From: Gammaproteobacteria bacterium
GTDB taxonomy: Bacteria; Pseudomonadota; Gammaproteobacteria; Pseudomonadales; Azotimanducaceae
NCBI GenBank assembly: GCA_012960535.1
Contig: DUBB01000027.1
Span: forward strand, 111,487-175,486
Direction of reading: 5' to 3'
Length of the DNA stretch: 64,000 nt
Below, piece after piece: positions 60,608 through 64,000 of the stretch. The position numbers were made by a program, and so were the translations under genes. The number at the start of each line of letters is the position of its first letter. Position 1 is the stretch's first letter. The notes below the pieces were generated by a model. It did no database searches and was not told where the DNA came from. It was given only the letters and a program-made list of their open reading frames with translations.

Positions 60608-60784
60608 GCAGTCAGGGCCAGTAGCGTGGCCAAAGATTAAACAGAGGAGGAGCTTTGTCTGATGGGAGTGTGGTTCACAGTCAATTGCCTTCAGAAACCG
60701 GTTGGATAGTCGCTAGCGTCAGGTTAAAGCGATCAGGGCCGTGCTGTTTGCTCAGATGCTGGGGTTGTTTACCCCTGATTTTTG

Positions 60785-61873
60785 TTAATTGTCCTGCGTA
60801 AACCTGACTGCTTGTCTTTTTGACCCCCAGTCTCCGGGTGTTTCCTCGAAAACGCCCTTGAGCGGCGTTGCACACCTGGGACAGACGCCCCCGGCGGATA
60901 GATTCCAGCGACCCATTTCATACCAGTCGCGTTCTATAAGCAGTTCATCGCAGTGATGACAGAAGGTGGAATTACCAATGGCATCATGAACATTACCGGT
61001 GTAGGCGTAGCGAATACCTGCCTGCCTGGCAACAGTGCGAGCCAGCTGCAGGGTCTGCGTCGGAGTCTGCTTAATATCGCGCATTTTCCAGTCGGGATGA
61101 AAGGCGGTGAAGTGATGCGGTACATCTGGCCCCAGGTTCTCAACCACCCATTGGCACATCGCCTCAAGTTCAGGTCGTGAGTCATTCTGTCCGGGAATCA
61201 GCAAGGTGGTGATTTCCAGCCACACATCGGTCTCATGCTTCACGTAGATCAGTGTGTCGAGTACTTCCTGCAGATGCGCTCCACAGATTTCATGGTAAAA
61301 TTTTTCGGTAAAACCCTTTAGATCAATATTTGCAGCATCCATGGCTGCGAAAAATTCTATTCTCGGTTCAGGGCAGATGTAGCCTGCTGTAACCGCAACT
61401 GATCGAACGCCCAATTCATGACATGCGGCAGCAACGTCGATCGCGTATTCATGAAAGATAACTGGATCATTGTAGGTGTAGGCTATGCTGCGACAATTGA
61501 GGTTGCTGGCAGCATTGGCCAGCATTTGCGGTGATGCAGCATCTGCAAGCGTTGCCATCTCCCTCGATTTACTCATATCCCAGTTTTGGCAGAACTTGCA
61601 GGCTAGGTTGCAACCGGCGGTTCCAAATGAAAGCACTGGCGTGCCTGGCAGATAGTGCTTGAGCGGCTTTTTTTCTATGGGGTCGATCGCAAAACCGGAA
61701 GAACGACCATAAGTTGTTAAAACCACCTTGTCATTCTCTCTGGCCCTGACAAAACATAACCCTTGCTGACCCTCGCGTAGCTTGCAGGCGCGCGGACATA
61801 GGTCACATTGAAGCCGACCATCGTCTAGCTGATGCCAGTAGCGGGTCGGCGTTGAAGAATTACTCATATTCAA
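60785..61873 (-). CDS. amrS: AmmeMemoRadiSam system radical SAM enzyme
   Basis: An N-terminal Cys cluster (CDLCPRACKLREGQQGLCFVR). The radical SAM motif GCNLACKFCQNW (CxxxCxxC). A C-terminal Cys pair (CHHC...CPRC). It is divergent from a Memo/AMMECR1 gene. Confidence 0.85.
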   Translation of the reverse strand: MNMSNSSTPTRYWHQLDDGRLQCDLCPRACKLREGQQGLCFVRARENDKVVLTTYGRSSGFAIDPIEKKPLKHYLPGTPVLSFGTAGCNLACKFCQNWDMSKSREMATLADAASPQMLANAASNLNCRSIAYTYNDPVIFHEYAIDVAAACHELGVRSVAVTAGYICPEPRIEFFAAMDAANIDLKGFTEKFYHEICGAHLQEVLDTLIYVKHETDVWLEITTLLIPGQNDSRPELEAMCQWVVENLGPDVPHHFTAFHPDWKMRDIKQTPTQTLQLARTVARQAGIRYAYTGNVHDAIGNSTFCHHCDELLIERDWYEMGRWNLSAGGVCPRCATPLKGVFEETPGDWGSKRQAVRFTQDN

Positions 61874-61927
61874 AGTATAGCGCTTTGTTGACTTTAAAAT
61901 TCTATTGATTCAGCGCAGAATGGCTCC

Positions 61928-63283
61928 ATGAGCTTAACCAGACAGACAGCGGTTGCCGGCCAGTTTTATCCAGCTGAAACCCTGGATTTGGAGCATACTG
62001 TCGATCAGTTGCTGGCTTGCGTAACAACAGATAAAACCTGTCCCAAGGCGATCGTTGCGCCCCATGCGGGCTATATCTATTCCGGCTCAACGGCTGCCAA
62101 GGCCTACGCTCGGGTGGTTAATGGCCGCGATCGTATATCAAGGGTGGTGGTCTTGGGACCGGCACATCGGCTGGGTTTTCGCGGCATGGCGCTTTCAGAC
62201 GCCGATTTTTATACAACGCCCCTGGGCGACATCTGTATTGACCGGGATGGCACTGAACTGATCAGGCTATTGCCTTCGGTTGTGAGCCTTGCCAAAGCTC
62301 ATGCAGAAGAACACAGTTTAGAAGTGCAGCTGCCTTTTCTGCAGCGATGCCTGGACCACTTTAGTTTGATTCCCATCGTGGTTGGCCAATGCCCGGCGGA
62401 TGATGTTGCCCGTGTTATAGAGGCCCTGTGGGGCGGGCCGGAAACCCTGATTGTGATCAGCTCTGACCTCAGCCACTTCTTAAGTTATGCCGATGCAAGA
62501 CAGAAAGATGCTGATACCTCAGGGCAGATATTAGCCTGTTCCGCGACGCTCTCAGGTGATCAGGCTTGTGGCGCTAACCCCCTGAATGGGCTACTGCAAG
62601 TACTGAAACGCAAGAATCTATCGATCAGTGAACTGCAGGTCATTAATTCAGGTGATACTGCCGGCGATAGAAGCCGTGTAGTCGGCTATGGTGCTTATGT
62701 TGTGAACGAATCGAGTCAGGCACGCGAAATTTTAAGTAGCGCTGAGCGACAGCAATTACTGTATCTGGCGCGCAATGCAATTCTTGCCCAATTAGATCAG
62801 CGAGGTAATTTTGAGATCAAACTCAATCAATACCATGCGAGTCTACGTCAGAAACTGGCCTGTTTTGTTACTTTGAAAGTCAACGGCGGGCTCCGCGGCT
62901 GTATTGGTAGCCTGGTGGCTTCACGTGATTTGGTGGTGGATGTTGCCCATAATGCAATTGCCGCTGCCTTCCAGGACAGGCGGTTCAAGCCGTTAACGCT
63001 GGAGGAATTTACCCAGGTTGACGTACACATATCGGTGTTAAGTCCACCTCAGGAGGTAGACATCCGGACCCGAGAGGAACTGGTAGCGCAACTGAGACCC
63101 GGAATCGATGGGGTTATTCTTGAGCAAGGCGATCACCGTTCTACTTATCTCCCTTCGGTCTGGGAACAGATACCAGATGCAGGACAGTTTATCGGTGAAC
63201 TCCGGGTCAAGGCAGGTCTACCCCGCGACGGCTGGAGCGAACAGATGAAGGTATCCCTGTATACCACCGAGGAGTTCAACTAG
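61928..63283 (+). CDS. fused AmmeMemoRadiSam system protein B (Memo-like) and protein A (AMMECR1 domain)
   Basis: Residues 1 to about 262 are Memo-like (AVAGQFYPA, IVAPHAGYIYSG, EHSLEVQLPFLQ, ISSDLSH). Residues from about 272 to 451 are AMMECR1-like (FVTLKVNGGLRGCIGS, AFQDRRFKP, STYLPSVWEQ). It is a single uninterrupted 451-codon ORF. Confidence 0.85.
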   Translation: MSLTRQTAVAGQFYPAETLDLEHTVDQLLACVTTDKTCPKAIVAPHAGYIYSGSTAAKAYARVVNGRDRISRVVVLGPAHRLGFRGMALSDADFYTTPLGDICIDRDGTELIRLLPSVVSLAKAHAEEHSLEVQLPFLQRCLDHFSLIPIVVGQCPADDVARVIEALWGGPETLIVISSDLSHFLSYADARQKDADTSGQILACSATLSGDQACGANPLNGLLQVLKRKNLSISELQVINSGDTAGDRSRVVGYGAYVVNESSQAREILSSAERQQLLYLARNAILAQLDQRGNFEIKLNQYHASLRQKLACFVTLKVNGGLRGCIGSLVASRDLVVDVAHNAIAAAFQDRRFKPLTLEEFTQVDVHISVLSPPQEVDIRTREELVAQLRPGIDGVILEQGDHRSTYLPSVWEQIPDAGQFIGELRVKAGLPRDGWSEQMKVSLYTTEEFN

Positions 63284-63330
63284 TTTTTTTGAAGTAGAAC
63301 GGTGGGGTCAGAGTCAGGCAGGAACCAAGG

Positions 63331-64000
63331 TCAACCGCTGATCAGTTGATGCGGTAATGGGTTCGGTGGTATTTCTATGGGTGATCCAATCCAGGCGCCT
63401 ATGTTTTCACCGGTTCGACCGTCGTTCAATAGATCTATCAACTGTTGGGCAATCCCCTGGGGTTGCATCACGTTGTCTGACAATGCACTGGGTAATTCAT
63501 TGTTCCTAAATAAACTGCGCAGCATGGGCGTGTCAGTGGCCCCCATACACATGCCATTGACTCGAATATGATCCCTGCTGAGGGCCCTCGACCAGGCATC
63601 GGTAAAACCGTTCAACGCCCATTTAGATGCGTTATAGAGATCGGTGGTTGCGGAATTTGTGCCAGGTGAACGTGCTGGCAATACATAATAGGTGGACATA
63701 TTGACGATATCGCCACCGCCACGGGCCTTGAGTTCTGGAATACATAATCTCGACAACATGAGAACCCCTTTAAGATTGGTGTCCATAATGTAGTCCCAGT
63801 CAGCTACGGCCTGATCCCAGCTCGAAGTAACCGGGGTCTGGCGATAGGTCGCGGCATTGTTAACCAGAATATCAACCCCGCCGAACTCAGTCAGGGCACA
63901 CCTTAATACTCGTTTACAATCATCAATCAGGGATACATCAGCGACCAGACCGAGCACATTTTTTTCAGATTCTGAGGTAATTTCGGCCACCGCATCCATG
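63331..64000 (-). CDS. SDR-family oxidoreductase (5' end beyond the window)
   Basis: VDILVNNAA and YNASKWAL (YxxxK) are present. The Rossmann TGxxxGxG region is missing because the frame runs off the window edge. Confidence 0.8.
   Translation of the reverse strand, partial: MDAVAEITSESEKNVLGLVADVSLIDDCKRVLRCALTEFGGVDILVNNAATYRQTPVTSSWDQAVADWDYIMDTNLKGVLMLSRLCIPELKARGGGDIVNMSTYYVLPARSPGTNSATTDLYNASKWALNGFTDAWSRALSRDHIRVNGMCMGATDTPMLRSLFRNNELPSALSDNVMQPQGIAQQLIDLLNDGRTGENIGAWIGSPIEIPPNPLPHQLISG

Overview
By eye this is a roughly 50% GC gammaproteobacterial chromosome segment, probably from a marine heterotroph (low confidence on taxon). All family assignments come from reading the translated ORFs, with no database search.

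**Layout**
- **1-6.8 kb:** a conserved housekeeping block, thrS(partial)-infC-rpmI-rplT-pheS-pheT-ihfA-merR-like-tRNA-Pro(GGG). infC starts at an ATT codon that the ORF track misses.
- **6.8-22 kb:** a patchwork accessory region that begins exactly at the tRNA-Pro 3' end.
  - It opens with a 47-codon stub of a P4-type integrase, a CPBP/Abi intramembrane protease and a homing-endonuclease-type zinc-ribbon repeat fragment.
  - A visibly AT-rich lipoprotein serine hydrolase and a BASS transporter bracketed by roughly 30-40 bp direct repeats follow.
  - Then come a cold-shock protein and a rhombosortase next to a 774-aa GlyGly-CTERM choice-of-anchor-B surface protein whose signal peptide sits in another reading frame.
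  - It ends with an EcKL/APH-type kinase, a TonB-dependent receptor, and a 525-codon methyltransferase frame carrying two in-frame stops.
- **22-32 kb:** metabolic genes. These are an APC permease, a class III aminotransferase and a secreted M20 peptidase, then two F420-type LLM oxidoreductases, a PPOX-family protein, a Zn-ADH, a PaaI thioesterase and a CMD protein.
- **32.1-43.7 kb:** a full sulfur-oxidation locus.
  - The core is an ArsR-type regulator divergent from soxCDXYZA-(lipoprotein ORF)-soxB.
  - Accessory genes follow: a periplasmic DsrE-like protein, split YeeE/YedE genes, and a translationally coupled MBL-fold / alpha-beta hydrolase / CPYC thioredoxin-fold trio.
- **44-52 kb:** three PhyH-family dioxygenases, a two-subunit GMC oxidoreductase and an MFS transporter.
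- **52-64 kb:** transaldolase, a 12-bp tandem repeat, a TIM-barrel isomerase plus a 915-aa PVC-type heme-binding protein, an NRAMP-like transporter and a Baeyer-Villiger monooxygenase. Then comes an AmmeMemoRadiSam system with amrB and amrA fused into one gene, and a partial SDR.

Several genes carry lesions: a truncated integrase, a frameshift, two nonsense codons in one gene and an in-frame TGA in another. No CRISPR array, rRNA or intact transposase was seen.

The most interesting candidates for follow-up are the fused AmmeMemoRadiSam locus, the rhombosortase/GlyGly-CTERM pair, the uncharacterised periplasmic trio beside sox, and the triple-PhyH cluster.
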